Of a stretch of DNA of 64,000 bases, positions 39,516 to 58,256 are shown one piece after another. Source of the stretch: Candidatus Latescibacterota bacterium (GTDB lineage: Bacteria; Latescibacterota; UBA2968; UBA8231); assembly GCA_965203355.1 (NCBI GenBank), contig OZ241889.1, forward strand, positions 1 through 64,000, given 5' to 3'. The notes beneath the pieces were generated by a model. The model was not told the origin of the DNA. It was given only the letters and a program-made list of their open reading frames with translations, and made no database searches. The translations under genes were made by a program, and so were the position numbers. Each line of letters starts with the position of its first letter. Position 1 is the first letter of the stretch.

Positions 39516-40193
39516 ATGATGACAAGTGAAGTGCAGTTCGGGCAACCACCTCCTGTGCAGGGAATGGAGCCGATACCAGTGTCGGCATTGCAACATGCGG
39601 TGTACTGCATGAGACAATGCGCTCTAATCCACTTGGAACGACTTTGGGAGGAAAATCGGTTTACCGCTGAAGGTCGAGTGCTGCATCAAACCATTGACGA
39701 AGCAGGGCATCGGCGCAAGGCAGGTGTGCTTCAGATGATGTCACTCCCGATCTACAGCATCCGGCTCAATCTTACAGGGGTCGCCGATATGGTTGAGTTC
39801 CACGAAAGCCAGACAAGTATTACCCCGTTCCCGATCGAGTTCAAACGAGGCAAGGCCAAAGTACATCGCGCCGACGAGGTGCAACTCTGCGCCCAGGCAT
39901 TGTGCCTTGAAGAAATGACCGGTACAGCAGTGCCGATGGGAGCTTGTTACTACGGACAAACCAAACGGCGGAAAGAAGTGTCTTTTGATGCCGAGCTCCG
40001 CACCCTCACCGAGACAACAGTCGAACAAGTAGCCGCGCTCTTCGCTCAAGGCCGCACACCCTCAGCCGAGTACGAAGCAGCCAAGTGCCGCGGGTGTTCG
40101 CTGCTCGACCAGTGTCGTCCCAAGGCGATGGAGCGTTCGGTTCTCGCTTGGCGAACGCGGGCCCTAACATCACACCTTGCAGAATCTGGATAA
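39516..40193 (+). CDS. cas4: Cas4 nuclease
   Basis: SALQH..YC.RQCALIH, G..D.VE, PIEFKRG, QLCAQALCLEEM and C..CSL...C Fe-S cysteines; start may be the later Met (MEPIPV). Confidence 0.95.
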   Translation: MMTSEVQFGQPPPVQGMEPIPVSALQHAVYCMRQCALIHLERLWEENRFTAEGRVLHQTIDEAGHRRKAGVLQMMSLPIYSIRLNLTGVADMVEFHESQTSITPFPIEFKRGKAKVHRADEVQLCAQALCLEEMTGTAVPMGACYYGQTKRRKEVSFDAELRTLTETTVEQVAALFAQGRTPSAEYEAAKCRGCSLLDQCRPKAMERSVLAWRTRALTSHLAESG

Positions 40194-41233
40194 TGCCCAT
40201 GAGGCGATTGCTCAATACACTCTATGTTACTACGCCCGGATCACGTCTGACCAAAGATGGCGAGAACTTGGTCGCGGAAGTAGAAGGTGAGGAGCGAGCG
40301 CGGGTTCCGTTCCACATGTTGGGATCCGTGGTGGTTTTCGGTAGCATTTATATATCTCCACCTTTGATCCAAGCCTGTGCCGCTGGTGGTATCGTCTTAG
40401 TACTCTTGGACCGATTCGGCCGATTCCAAGCCCGAGTCACGGGACCAGTCTCCGGCAACGTACTGCTGCGGCGCGCACAATATAAAGCCAGCGACGAGCC
40501 AGAAGAGATCATTCGCAGTATTCTCGTCGGCAAGATCGCCAATCAGCGAAGTGTCCTACAAAGAGCACAGCGCGATTATGGGGATCAGCTTGAACCTCCT
40601 GGCCATAAAAATATGTCCGCCGCGACGAATCGCCTTCGGCAGATTGTGCAACGCATCAACAACGGCCACGATAGTATAGATAGATTACGCGGTTTTGAAG
40701 GCGAGGCTGCACATATCTATTTTTCGGTCTTTGGTCGCCTGATCCGCGTACCCGAACCAGAGATGGCATTTGTCGGTCGTAATCGGCGACCGCCACGTGA
40801 CCCTATAAATGCTCTGCTTTCATTTCTCTACACTCTTCTTGTCCACGACTGTAGCTCTGCCGCCGAGAGCGTTGGTTTAGATCCTGCCGTGGGGCTCTTT
40901 CACAGAGATCGTCCCGGCCGGCCGAGTCTTGCGCTAGATCTTATGGAAGAATTGCGACCAGTCTTGGCCGATCGGCTTGCATTATCGCTAGTAAATCGTC
41001 GGCAAGTTAGTGCAAAAGACTTCCAGACCCGAGAAGGCGGTAGTGTTTCAATGAGCGACGACGCTCGCAAGACAGTTCTCACTGCTTGGCAGGAACGAAA
41101 GCGCGTAGAGAGGACTCACCCTTTTCTTGGGGAAAAGGCACCGCTCGGTTTGGTTCCATATCTCCAAGCACAGTTGCTAGCTCGGCACCTTCGAGGTGAT
41201 TTAGACGCTCACCCGCCATGGTTATGGAAATAA
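40193..41233 (+). CDS. cas1: Cas1 (type I-C)
   Basis: LLNTLYV, GNVLLRRAQY, LRGFEGEAA, RNRRPPRDPINALLSF and SLALDLMEELR. Confidence 0.97.
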   Translation: MPMRRLLNTLYVTTPGSRLTKDGENLVAEVEGEERARVPFHMLGSVVVFGSIYISPPLIQACAAGGIVLVLLDRFGRFQARVTGPVSGNVLLRRAQYKASDEPEEIIRSILVGKIANQRSVLQRAQRDYGDQLEPPGHKNMSAATNRLRQIVQRINNGHDSIDRLRGFEGEAAHIYFSVFGRLIRVPEPEMAFVGRNRRPPRDPINALLSFLYTLLVHDCSSAAESVGLDPAVGLFHRDRPGRPSLALDLMEELRPVLADRLALSLVNRRQVSAKDFQTREGGSVSMSDDARKTVLTAWQERKRVERTHPFLGEKAPLGLVPYLQAQLLARHLRGDLDAHPPWLWK

Positions 41234-41264
41234 GTCGCCCCTCGCATGGGGCGTGAATTGAAAC
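41234..41264 (+). repeat. Solitary CRISPR repeat between cas1 and cas2
   Basis: GTCGCCCCTCGCATGGGGCGTGAATTGAAAC; 2 substitutions and 1 deletion relative to the array repeat; stem CGCCCC/GGGGCG intact. Confidence 0.9.
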
Positions 41265-41276
41265 AAACAAAACAAA

Positions 41277-41567
41277 ATGATGGTTCTCGTTACATATGAT
41301 GTCTCGACGACATCTGATGGCGGCACACAGCGGTTACGACGTGTTGCTAAGATGTGTCGCGACTTTGGACAAAGAGTGCAGTTTTCAGTATTTGAGATTG
41401 AGGTGGACTCGGCTCAATGGACTGCTTTGAAGACGCGACTTGAAGCGATTATTGATCCAAAAACCGATAGTCTTAGGTATTATTTTCTCGGTGCGAATTG
41501 GGAGCGGCGCATAGAGCATGTCGGTGCCAAGGCGACTGTCGATTTGAACGGAACACTGATTGTCTGA
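41277..41567 (+). CDS. cas2: Cas2
   Basis: VLVTYDV, RLRRVAK.C..FGQRVQFSVFE and DSLRYY.LG. Confidence 0.97.
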   Translation: MMVLVTYDVSTTSDGGTQRLRRVAKMCRDFGQRVQFSVFEIEVDSAQWTALKTRLEAIIDPKTDSLRYYFLGANWERRIEHVGAKATVDLNGTLIV

Positions 41568-41753
41568 GAAGGATGGTGCGAACCACAAGCGATTAGGTAA
41601 ACGAGAGGCGGTCCGCACATCGTATAACTCATTGAGAATCAAAGGAATATGGATCGCGAATGGTACTTATCACTCTTCTAATTCGGAAAGTCTACTAGGG
41701 TTCGCGCTAACTTATCTCTTCAGTGTTGTTACACAATGTATTAGCTTGCAACA
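41568..41753 (+). promoter_or_regulatory. CRISPR leader
   Basis: AT-richer non-coding 186 bp between cas2 and the first repeat, with GCGAACC / GGTTCGC motifs as seen in I-C leaders. Confidence 0.75.
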
Positions 41754-50889
<9,136 letters not shown>

Positions 50890-50921
50890 CTCCTCAACAC
50901 CTGCGTGGCATCCACGCTCGA

Positions 50922-51794
50922 TCAGGCATCTGCATCTTCAATACCGCAGGCATCGACATAGACACTTAATAGGCGCTCCTGAAGCAAATTGCGCCCACCA
51001 GTTTCGACCGCGGCCTTATCGAGATTGAAGAAAAACTCAAGCGAGGCAGCGTCACCCACTTTGGCTGCGTATACCTCTGCCAAGCAGCCAAAGAACACTT
51101 CCAGGTCGAGTGGCGGTTTGAGACGGTGCCGGACAAGCAGCTCGGCGACGAGCCGGGTGGACTCGTCGCCACTGGGAGCTGTCGCGCCCGTGGTTAGTGG
51201 CACCCCTTGAGCCAGATGCAGGAAAACGAACTCCATACATTCCCGAAGCAGCCTAGACTCGCGGTCTTTAAGCGCATCGAGCCAGGCCGCTTCCGCCGCA
51301 CGGACCTGCCTTTTGGGGATTATGGCAGCACTGCGCCGCAATAAAATCCATAGACAGGTGATCAACCAACAGGCGGCCTGAAACAGGATTACCGCCAGCT
51401 CCACCAAAGCAACGACCACATGAATATAGACGGCATTCTTTCCGCGCACCTGGATACCTCCAACCTTGGCACTCGAATACCGCGGTTTGAACCAGTTGAA
51501 AGTTCCAACCGCCGTCTTGGTCGAGATCGAAAGGCCGCTCTTCGACAGATTGAGTTTGGTCGGTCCTTTGCCGTAGCGTCCCCGCAAGACGAAACGCCCG
51601 TTTTGTAGAGCGGCTTGTGTGCCGTTCGCGATCCGCGTTGATACGCGCATACCGCGACTGGAATTGGCCGTTACGTTGATCCCCGCTACCTTTGTTTCTA
51701 CACGCAAAGCAACCCCTCCAGTGCGGCTTACCCGAAGGTATTTACCGCGGTATTCAATGCGTTTTAACCGGCCGTCTGCATCTCGTTCCAACAA
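50922..51794 (-). CDS. DUF4236-like membrane protein
   Basis: Gly-rich beta repeats including KLNLSKSGLSISTK, a TM segment and a helical C-terminus. Confidence 0.55.
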   Translation of the reverse strand: MLERDADGRLKRIEYRGKYLRVSRTGGVALRVETKVAGINVTANSSRGMRVSTRIANGTQAALQNGRFVLRGRYGKGPTKLNLSKSGLSISTKTAVGTFNWFKPRYSSAKVGGIQVRGKNAVYIHVVVALVELAVILFQAACWLITCLWILLRRSAAIIPKRQVRAAEAAWLDALKDRESRLLRECMEFVFLHLAQGVPLTTGATAPSGDESTRLVAELLVRHRLKPPLDLEVFFGCLAEVYAAKVGDAASLEFFFNLDKAAVETGGRNLLQERLLSVYVDACGIEDADA

Positions 51795-51903
51795 TGAAAT
51801 TACCTCCTTTTAGCAAGAAAAAGAGCAGGGCCGTGGCAAAGTCGCCACGCACAAAGCGCCCGGTTCCCCATCCTTAAAAGCCCCTGCATTCGGTTGTATC
51901 CCC

Positions 51904-53625
51904 TCACAACCGCGGCCGCAAGTTCAGCAGCACCAACAGCCAAGTGCGGCTCCAGTACGCACTGTTGATATAGGGATTTTTCGCGCTGGGCCAGTTGGTC
52001 CAATAGGTCTCGTTGTGCGGGATGCGGTGCGGCCATTGGACGAGGGGAATGGAGGGTAACTCGGCCAGCCAGCGGTCCATGGCTTGCCGGTAAAGCTCGG
52101 CCATCTCCGGCGCGTCGGTCGGGGTCTGGCCCATCTGGTCGATCAGCGCGTCGTAGGCCGAGTTTTGCCAGCGCCAAGGCATGTCGGCTGGTTGGCCGGT
52201 GGGCTGGACAAAGCGGCTGTGGTACTGGCGCAGCACAAAATAGGGATCGCGCATCGAGCTGAAGTTGCCGATTAGGTACGCACGGGCCGTGCCCTGACGC
52301 AGGCGCGTGGAAAAGTCCGAGGTCATGCGAAAAGAGGCGTTGATGCCGGCCTTTTTGAGCTGGGCGATGAGCACCGGCGTCAAGTCCTGAAAGTGGGAGA
52401 AAATGTCGATGACCATGCTCAACGGCTGCCCGTCTTTCTCCCAGAAAACCCCGTTGCGCACGTAGCCTTTGCGGGCGAGTATCTCCGCGCTCTTTTCCAG
52501 GTCAAAGACGCCAACTTGGTGTTTGGCGATCAAGTCCTCGGCCAGCGTAAAATACCGACTCATCTGCGGCAGATCGGGCAAGGGCAGCAAGGTCAACGCA
52601 CCTGAGTTTTGCCAGCCAATGGCTACGAGCTGTTCGCGGTCGATCGCGTAGTTGACCGCCCGGCGCATCGCCGGGTCGGACCAAGGGGCCTCCAGCCCAT
52701 TAAACCCCAGCGAAATGGGCCACCAAGTAATGTAGCTATACGGCGGCTCGCGGCCCGTCCAAGTGGTGATGTTGCGATTGCGCTCCAAGAGAGAGACCAT
52801 GTTGGCCGGACGCAGCTCCAAGCAAGTGTCGATGTTGTTGGCGATCAGGTTTTGCACGCGCTTGTGTTCTTCCATGTAGGTCAGGTAGATCAGCCGCTCG
52901 ACTTGGGGCAACTCCTGAAAGCCAAGTTGCTCAGCCCACCAACCCTCGCGCAGGTCCCAGATCCGCTGGGCTGGTTCCGAACGCACCATGCGATAGGGAC
53001 CGGTCAGCACCGGCCAGCCTTTTTGCAGATCGAAATTGGAAAAAGTCAGCGGGTCTTTGTCCTCCCAGATGTGCTTGGGCACGATGGGGACGCCTTGGTC
53101 GCCGCTGTGGACGAAATAGCTGAAGAGGAAGCGCGGGTTAGGGGCCTTGAGCGCGACGCGCGCCGTCAGACTGTCGAGGGCGACCACCTCTTCGACCCAA
53201 GTCGCCATATCCGTCGAGTACACGAGCTGTGGGGCGTGCTCCACCAGCATCTTGATGGTGAAGACCAAGTCGTGCGCCGACCAAGGATGCCCATCGCTCC
53301 ACTCGACGCCCGGCCGAATTTTAACCACGAGTTCGGTGAAATGCTCGTTGAAGTGATGGCTCTCGGCGATCCAAGGTATTAACTCGGAATCTTCCTCGTA
53401 GGCGTTGAAGAAGTAGAGCGGCTCGTAGAGAAAGTTATATCCTATGCGCGAGATGCTGCCCGGGATGAAGGGATTGAAGGAGTTGTAATCCTGGATCTGG
53501 CCGGAGCACGTATTAGGCTCGGCGCAGTCCATGATGAGGGTCCGGTGGCGCGGCACCTTTTTGAGGGTGCCCTCGTCGCCGGCGCAGGCGAGGAAGGATA
53601 CGGTGGCTAAAAGCAAAATGTACAT
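51904..53625 (-). CDS. ABC transporter substrate-binding lipoprotein (family 5, peptide/oligosaccharide type)
   Basis: Lipobox FLAC, LYEPL, IRPGVEWSDGHP, TGPY and RRAVNYAIDR. Confidence 0.9.
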   Translation of the reverse strand: MYILLLATVSFLACAGDEGTLKKVPRHRTLIMDCAEPNTCSGQIQDYNSFNPFIPGSISRIGYNFLYEPLYFFNAYEEDSELIPWIAESHHFNEHFTELVVKIRPGVEWSDGHPWSAHDLVFTIKMLVEHAPQLVYSTDMATWVEEVVALDSLTARVALKAPNPRFLFSYFVHSGDQGVPIVPKHIWEDKDPLTFSNFDLQKGWPVLTGPYRMVRSEPAQRIWDLREGWWAEQLGFQELPQVERLIYLTYMEEHKRVQNLIANNIDTCLELRPANMVSLLERNRNITTWTGREPPYSYITWWPISLGFNGLEAPWSDPAMRRAVNYAIDREQLVAIGWQNSGALTLLPLPDLPQMSRYFTLAEDLIAKHQVGVFDLEKSAEILARKGYVRNGVFWEKDGQPLSMVIDIFSHFQDLTPVLIAQLKKAGINASFRMTSDFSTRLRQGTARAYLIGNFSSMRDPYFVLRQYHSRFVQPTGQPADMPWRWQNSAYDALIDQMGQTPTDAPEMAELYRQAMDRWLAELPSIPLVQWPHRIPHNETYWTNWPSAKNPYINSAYWSRTWLLVLLNLRPRL

Positions 53626-53640
53626 AGGCCCTATTCTCTT

Positions 53641-54399
53641 TTAACGGCATTGCAGCGCACAAGCGCGGCTTTGGGCCAGCGCGGCTACGGGGTCGGGAAG
53701 TTGGGGGCTAAGCTCAATGCTCGCCGGGCCGGCGTACGGGCTCAGGGCGAGGGCGGCAAACGTCGCGGCGAGCCCCTCCTCGGTCAACACACCCGCTAGC
53801 AGGGGCCAGTGCAAATCGGCCTCCCCGTCGTTGTCATCCAGATGCACGTACCCAAGCCGATCTCCGGCAGCCGCGACGACCGCGGCCGGTTCTTCCTTGG
53901 ACATCTGTAGGTGGCCGGTGTCGAGGAGCAAGTAGAGGTTGGGGTGGTTTAGACGGGACAGGTACTCCAAGGTCCCGGCCGCCGTTGGCAGCGCCTTGCC
54001 AGGGAAGTGCTCAACCCCGACGCGAATCGCCCGCGCGGCCGCAAAGTCCGCCACTTGCCCCAAGGCGTCCCCAAACTGAGGTAGCGCGGCGGGGTCGGTC
54101 CCTGGAACTACATACGCCGTGCTAGCACCAAGGGCGGCGGCGTGGTCCAGCGCCGCGCGGCAGTGGTCGAGAGCGGCTTGTCGAGCGGCGGGCGCGCCGT
54201 CGAGGGCCGCGCCCTCTTCCATGTTAAAGCACAGCGCGAGGCAGGAGACCGACAGGCCGAGGTCGCCAAGGCACGTGCGCGACGCCGGGCTGACAAAGGT
54301 CTTCGCCTGCACGTCAATGGAGCGAAAGCCGATAGCGGCGATAGCGGCGAGGGCGTCTTCTTCCGGGCCAGTCAAGGCCCAAGCACAACAGGATAGCAC
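53641..54399 (-). CDS. Sugar phosphate isomerase/epimerase (TIM barrel)
   Basis: VEHFP, LLDTGH, YVHLDDNDG..DLH and IEL; GTG start after AAGGA. Confidence 0.85.
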   Translation of the reverse strand: MLSCCAWALTGPEEDALAAIAAIGFRSIDVQAKTFVSPASRTCLGDLGLSVSCLALCFNMEEGAALDGAPAARQAALDHCRAALDHAAALGASTAYVVPGTDPAALPQFGDALGQVADFAAARAIRVGVEHFPGKALPTAAGTLEYLSRLNHPNLYLLLDTGHLQMSKEEPAAVVAAAGDRLGYVHLDDNDGEADLHWPLLAGVLTEEGLAATFAALALSPYAGPASIELSPQLPDPVAALAQSRACALQCR

Positions 54400-54425
54400 C
54401 GCGATCTTTCCTTTCGGTAAGCAGG

Positions 54426-55217
54426 TCAAGCGGGCAGCACACCGTAGCACACGCGGCGAGTTTCCTCGACCTTGGCGAAACCGAGGCGCGCCAGGGCGTG
54501 GCCGGGCCGGCGGTCCTTCATCACCACGCGGCGGCGAGCAACGCGGCGGGCCTCGCCCACATCCGCCGGAGCGGGGCTACCCCCCCGAGCCAAGTAGCGG
54601 ACCAAATCTAAGCCCGGAGCGTCGGCCATAGTTTCGCTAAACATGGGGTCAAAGTAAACCACATCCCAAGCGTCGTCGGCTTCGCGGCGCAGATAGTCGG
54701 CATAATCGGCGTTTAGGACTTCGACGCGGCGCATGGCCGGGGCGAGGACCGGCGGATCGTCAAGCACGTAGCAAGCCAGGCCACGGGCGACCAGCAGCGC
54801 CAACAGCGGCGAGGCTTCGAGGGTGCGGACGCGACCCGACGCGCCGACCTTGTAAGCGGCCACGATGGCGTCCGCCGCCAAACCGCAGGTACAATCGAGA
54901 ACGCGGTCGCCTAGTTTGAGTTGCAAGGCGTCAATCAAAATGTCGGGCTTGCCTTGTTCCAAGGCGAGGACCCGCAATTTGGCCATGTTGGGATGGTAGC
55001 GGAGGCTCCGTCCGGCGACCCAAAGGGCGAGCTGGCCGCGCTCGACGACAATCAGGCCGGCGAGGGCCTCGTCCACCGCCATTTCAGCGAGCGAGCGGTG
55101 GGCGCGCGGCACATAGCGGTAGCCCGTTTTGCCGGCCAGGCAACGCGCCTTCGCAAGCTCCCGAGGGCCGGGGCGCGAAGCGGTCGTTACGGCGAGAGCG
55201 AGCGGTGGTTCCTGCAT
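54426..55217 (-). CDS. RsmJ-like class I SAM-dependent methyltransferase
   Basis: HPNMA, VLDCTCGL..D, DVVYFDPMF and ARRRVVMK. Confidence 0.8.
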   Translation of the reverse strand: MQEPPLALAVTTASRPGPRELAKARCLAGKTGYRYVPRAHRSLAEMAVDEALAGLIVVERGQLALWVAGRSLRYHPNMAKLRVLALEQGKPDILIDALQLKLGDRVLDCTCGLAADAIVAAYKVGASGRVRTLEASPLLALLVARGLACYVLDDPPVLAPAMRRVEVLNADYADYLRREADDAWDVVYFDPMFSETMADAPGLDLVRYLARGGSPAPADVGEARRVARRRVVMKDRRPGHALARLGFAKVEETRRVCYGVLPA

Positions 55218-55244
55218 CCGGCGGTACAACGGCCTTCAACCCAC

Positions 55245-56555
55245 TTAGGCTGGGACAAAACGCTCCAGTCGCCAGCGCTTGGCCCACGTCTTTTCCAAAC
55301 GCACGCACAAGCACACGTCGTTGCCCTGATACGTCTCCGCGAGGACCTGACCCTGCTGATGTAAATGGGCCAAGAGTCGGCCCTCGGCTTGGGGAACTTG
55401 CAACTCCAAAGTGATGTCATCGGCGACGCGATACGCGCGTATTTTGTCGCGCAGCGCGTCGAGGTTGATGGCTTGGCTAGCTGAGATGGCGATGGCGTCT
55501 TCGCGGCCTGCGTATGCGGCCACGACCCGCTCCTCTTCGCCGGGGGCGACCTGATCGATTTTGTTGTACACCCTCAGAGTGGGGCTGTCGGCCAGCCCGA
55601 GGTCGCGGAGGACGCGCTCGACCGTGGCGACCTGCGACTCGTAGTACGGAAAGCTCAAGTCGATCACGTGGAGTAGCAAGTCGGCCTCCACGGCCTCTTC
55701 GAGCGTAGCGCGGAAAGAGGCAAACAGGTGGTGGGGTAGGCGGTTGATAAAACCGACCGTATCGGTGAGCAGGATCTTGTGGTTGCGGTCGAGATCAACG
55801 GCGCGGGTGGTCGAGTCCAAGGTGGCAAAAAGCTGGTCCTCAACTAGCACGTCCGCGCCGGAGAGCATCCGCATCAGGGTGGACTTGCCGGCGTTGGTAT
55901 AGCCCACGAGCGCTACCTTAAAAGCATCGGCGCGATTTCTGCGGTTGGTCGCCATCTGCACGCCGATCTTGTCGAGCTTGGCCTTTAGGAGATTGATCTG
56001 ACGGCGAATCAGGTGGCGGTCAATATCCAATTGTTTTTCGCCTGGGCCTCGAGCGCCGGTCGCCACGCCGGTTGCCCCCCTCCCGCGAACGGCCCCGCTG
56101 CCAGCTTGGCGCGACAGGTGGGTCCAGTAGTTAGTCAGGCGCGGCAGGAGGTAGTTGAGCTGGGCCAACTCGACTTGGAGCCGCGCCGTGTGGGTGCGCG
56201 CGTGGCGGGCGAAAATGTCCAAGATCACCGCGCTGCGGTCGATGATGCGGCGGTTGGTGACGCGCTCCAAGTTGCGCATCTGAGCGGGCGCGAGGTCGTT
56301 GTCAAAGACGATCGCGTCGGCTTTGCACTCGGCCGCAAGCTGCTTGAGGGCAGCGGCCTTGCCCTTGCCGACGTAATGGGCCGGATCAATGCGGTCGCGC
56401 CCTTGAAGCTGACGCGCGGCTTCAACGAAGCCGGCCGTAGCGGCTAAGCGACCGAGTTCGTCGAGGGAGTGCTCGGCCTCCCAAACCGGCATCTCGGGCA
56501 GGGAGACGCCGACGAGGATGACGCGATCTGGGCTCGGTGTGCCATGTATTTCCAT
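55245..56555 (-). CDS. hflX: GTPase HflX
   Basis: ILDIFA, LQVELAQL.YLLPRL, GPGEKQL, VGYTNAGKST, LFATLD, DTVGFI and NKID. Confidence 0.97.
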   Translation of the reverse strand: MEIHGTPSPDRVILVGVSLPEMPVWEAEHSLDELGRLAATAGFVEAARQLQGRDRIDPAHYVGKGKAAALKQLAAECKADAIVFDNDLAPAQMRNLERVTNRRIIDRSAVILDIFARHARTHTARLQVELAQLNYLLPRLTNYWTHLSRQAGSGAVRGRGATGVATGARGPGEKQLDIDRHLIRRQINLLKAKLDKIGVQMATNRRNRADAFKVALVGYTNAGKSTLMRMLSGADVLVEDQLFATLDSTTRAVDLDRNHKILLTDTVGFINRLPHHLFASFRATLEEAVEADLLLHVIDLSFPYYESQVATVERVLRDLGLADSPTLRVYNKIDQVAPGEEERVVAAYAGREDAIAISASQAINLDALRDKIRAYRVADDITLELQVPQAEGRLLAHLHQQGQVLAETYQGNDVCLCVRLEKTWAKRWRLERFVPA

Positions 56556-56736
56556 GCGGCCTTCTTCCTTTTTTGGGCTTGCTGTACAGTGCCTCAAACA
56601 CACACAGAACGCATCACTTTGTCAATATCGCAAAGGCGTTTTCGCGCCGCCAACACACGCTGGCCATAAAACAATCGCTTTGGCAGCAATCGCCGCCAGT
56701 TTTGTCGTCCCTTTGGGCAAACATCGTCGTTTAACA

Positions 56737-56765
56737 TTGACTTTTTGATAAATTAAACCTATGGT
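56737..56765 (+). promoter_or_regulatory. Putative sigma70 promoter upstream of the histidine kinase-like gene
   Basis: TTGACT-N17-TATGGT. Confidence 0.45.
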
Positions 56766-56975
56766 AGTAGCCTTGTTTTGCAAACGATTGCTTTCCATCA
56801 AAACACGAGCCACCCCATAGCTCCTGCTCTGCCTTTGCGCCTAGTCTATTCGCATTTCTAACAAATAATACAGCCTACCCATTTTAGCCCTGTTGACTTG
56901 CCGATGAGTCTGCCGGGCACGAGATCATGGCCCGAATTTTTGTTGCCGTCTGTAAGCGGAAAAAGAGGACTGACC

Positions 56976-58199
56976 ATGAGCAAACACAGCGGCGGAAATG
57001 CTAACGAGGACCTGTTGCGCGACTTGCGGCTCGCGGTTTGGCGGCACAAAGAACCAGCGGGCGAATTCATGATTCTAGCCCAGGTCTGTCAGACCTTGGA
57101 CCACGCCGGGGTCGCTTACGACGGTTGCCGGTTGTACCGAGTACACACCGACAACGGCGAACACAAGACGCGCGTCCATCCCTTGACAGCCGACGGGCAT
57201 TGGTCGCCGCTAACCAAAGGACAGCAGTGGGTGCTGGGAGCGTGGAAATCAGCCGCGACCTGCTATCGAGCACCGAGCCGCCACGGCGAATGCGCCTGGT
57301 TGGCCCAACAGATGCGCTGCCGTGTCAAAGCCATCCTCGAAACGACCTTTGATCAAGGCGTCCTAGCCGTTTATCGCAAAGAAGCCATCACCTGCCGCAA
57401 CGCAGACATCGGCTTGTTCAAGGGCTTGGGCGAAGTCCTCAGCGGACTATACTGCCGACAAGAAGACCTGTTGCAATTGCAGGCCAAAGAAGCCCAGTTG
57501 CGCCAAGCACAGAAATTGCAGGGGATGGGGCAACTGACAACCGAGTTCGCCGGCGAAATCAACCAACACTTAGAGGCGATCATCGGCGAGACCAGCCTGC
57601 TGCGCGAAGGCGACTTAGCACCCGTCGTCAGCCATGGCGTACAAGTTGTGTACGAGGCCGGCCTCCAAGCGCACAGCACCAGCAAGCGGCTGTTAGAGTA
57701 CGCGCGCCAGCAGAAGACGCAAAAGGAATGGATCAACTTCACCCGCCTCGTGCAGGAGACCGTCCGGCTGACGCGCCAGACGCTCTTGCAAGACCAGATC
57801 GAAATCGTCGAGGCCCTAGCCCCAAACCTGCCCTATATCAAAGCCCATGCCGGCCAACTCCAACAGGTCGTCCTCAATCTCATCCAAAATAGCCGCGATG
57901 CCATCAAGCAGGTGCGCGATGCCGGGCGGATCGCGCTGCGGCTATCGACCCGCCAAGGCTGCATCGCGTTGAAGGTCGAAGACAATGGACCGGGCATTCC
58001 CGCAGAAATCCGGGCCGACGTTTTTGCCCCTTTCTTCACGACCAAGGCGTCGAGCCAGCACAGCGGATTGGGCTTGAGCGTCTGCATGGGCATTGCCCGC
58101 GACCACCACGGCCGCCTATTCGTCGAAGACTGCGTCCACGGGGCCTGTGTAGTCTTGGAATTGCCCAGCAGTTCGCTCGCCGCGTTAGTAAACAACTGA
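56976..58199 (+). CDS. Sensor histidine kinase-like protein with degenerate H-box
   Basis: QQVVLNLIQNSRDA (N box), DNGPG (G1), FAPFFTTK (F), GLGLS (G2); H-box reads FAGEINQHL. Confidence 0.85.
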   Translation: MSKHSGGNANEDLLRDLRLAVWRHKEPAGEFMILAQVCQTLDHAGVAYDGCRLYRVHTDNGEHKTRVHPLTADGHWSPLTKGQQWVLGAWKSAATCYRAPSRHGECAWLAQQMRCRVKAILETTFDQGVLAVYRKEAITCRNADIGLFKGLGEVLSGLYCRQEDLLQLQAKEAQLRQAQKLQGMGQLTTEFAGEINQHLEAIIGETSLLREGDLAPVVSHGVQVVYEAGLQAHSTSKRLLEYARQQKTQKEWINFTRLVQETVRLTRQTLLQDQIEIVEALAPNLPYIKAHAGQLQQVVLNLIQNSRDAIKQVRDAGRIALRLSTRQGCIALKVEDNGPGIPAEIRADVFAPFFTTKASSQHSGLGLSVCMGIARDHHGRLFVEDCVHGACVVLELPSSSLAALVNN

Positions 58200-58256
58200 C
58201 CTTGTTGCAACGGGTGCGCTCTTATATGTTCAGACCCACAGCGCGCAACGCGGGAG

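Noticed and set aside
56766-56975. Long leader before the kinase as a riboswitch or sRNA
   Set aside because: No recognisable conserved motif or convincing structure by eye
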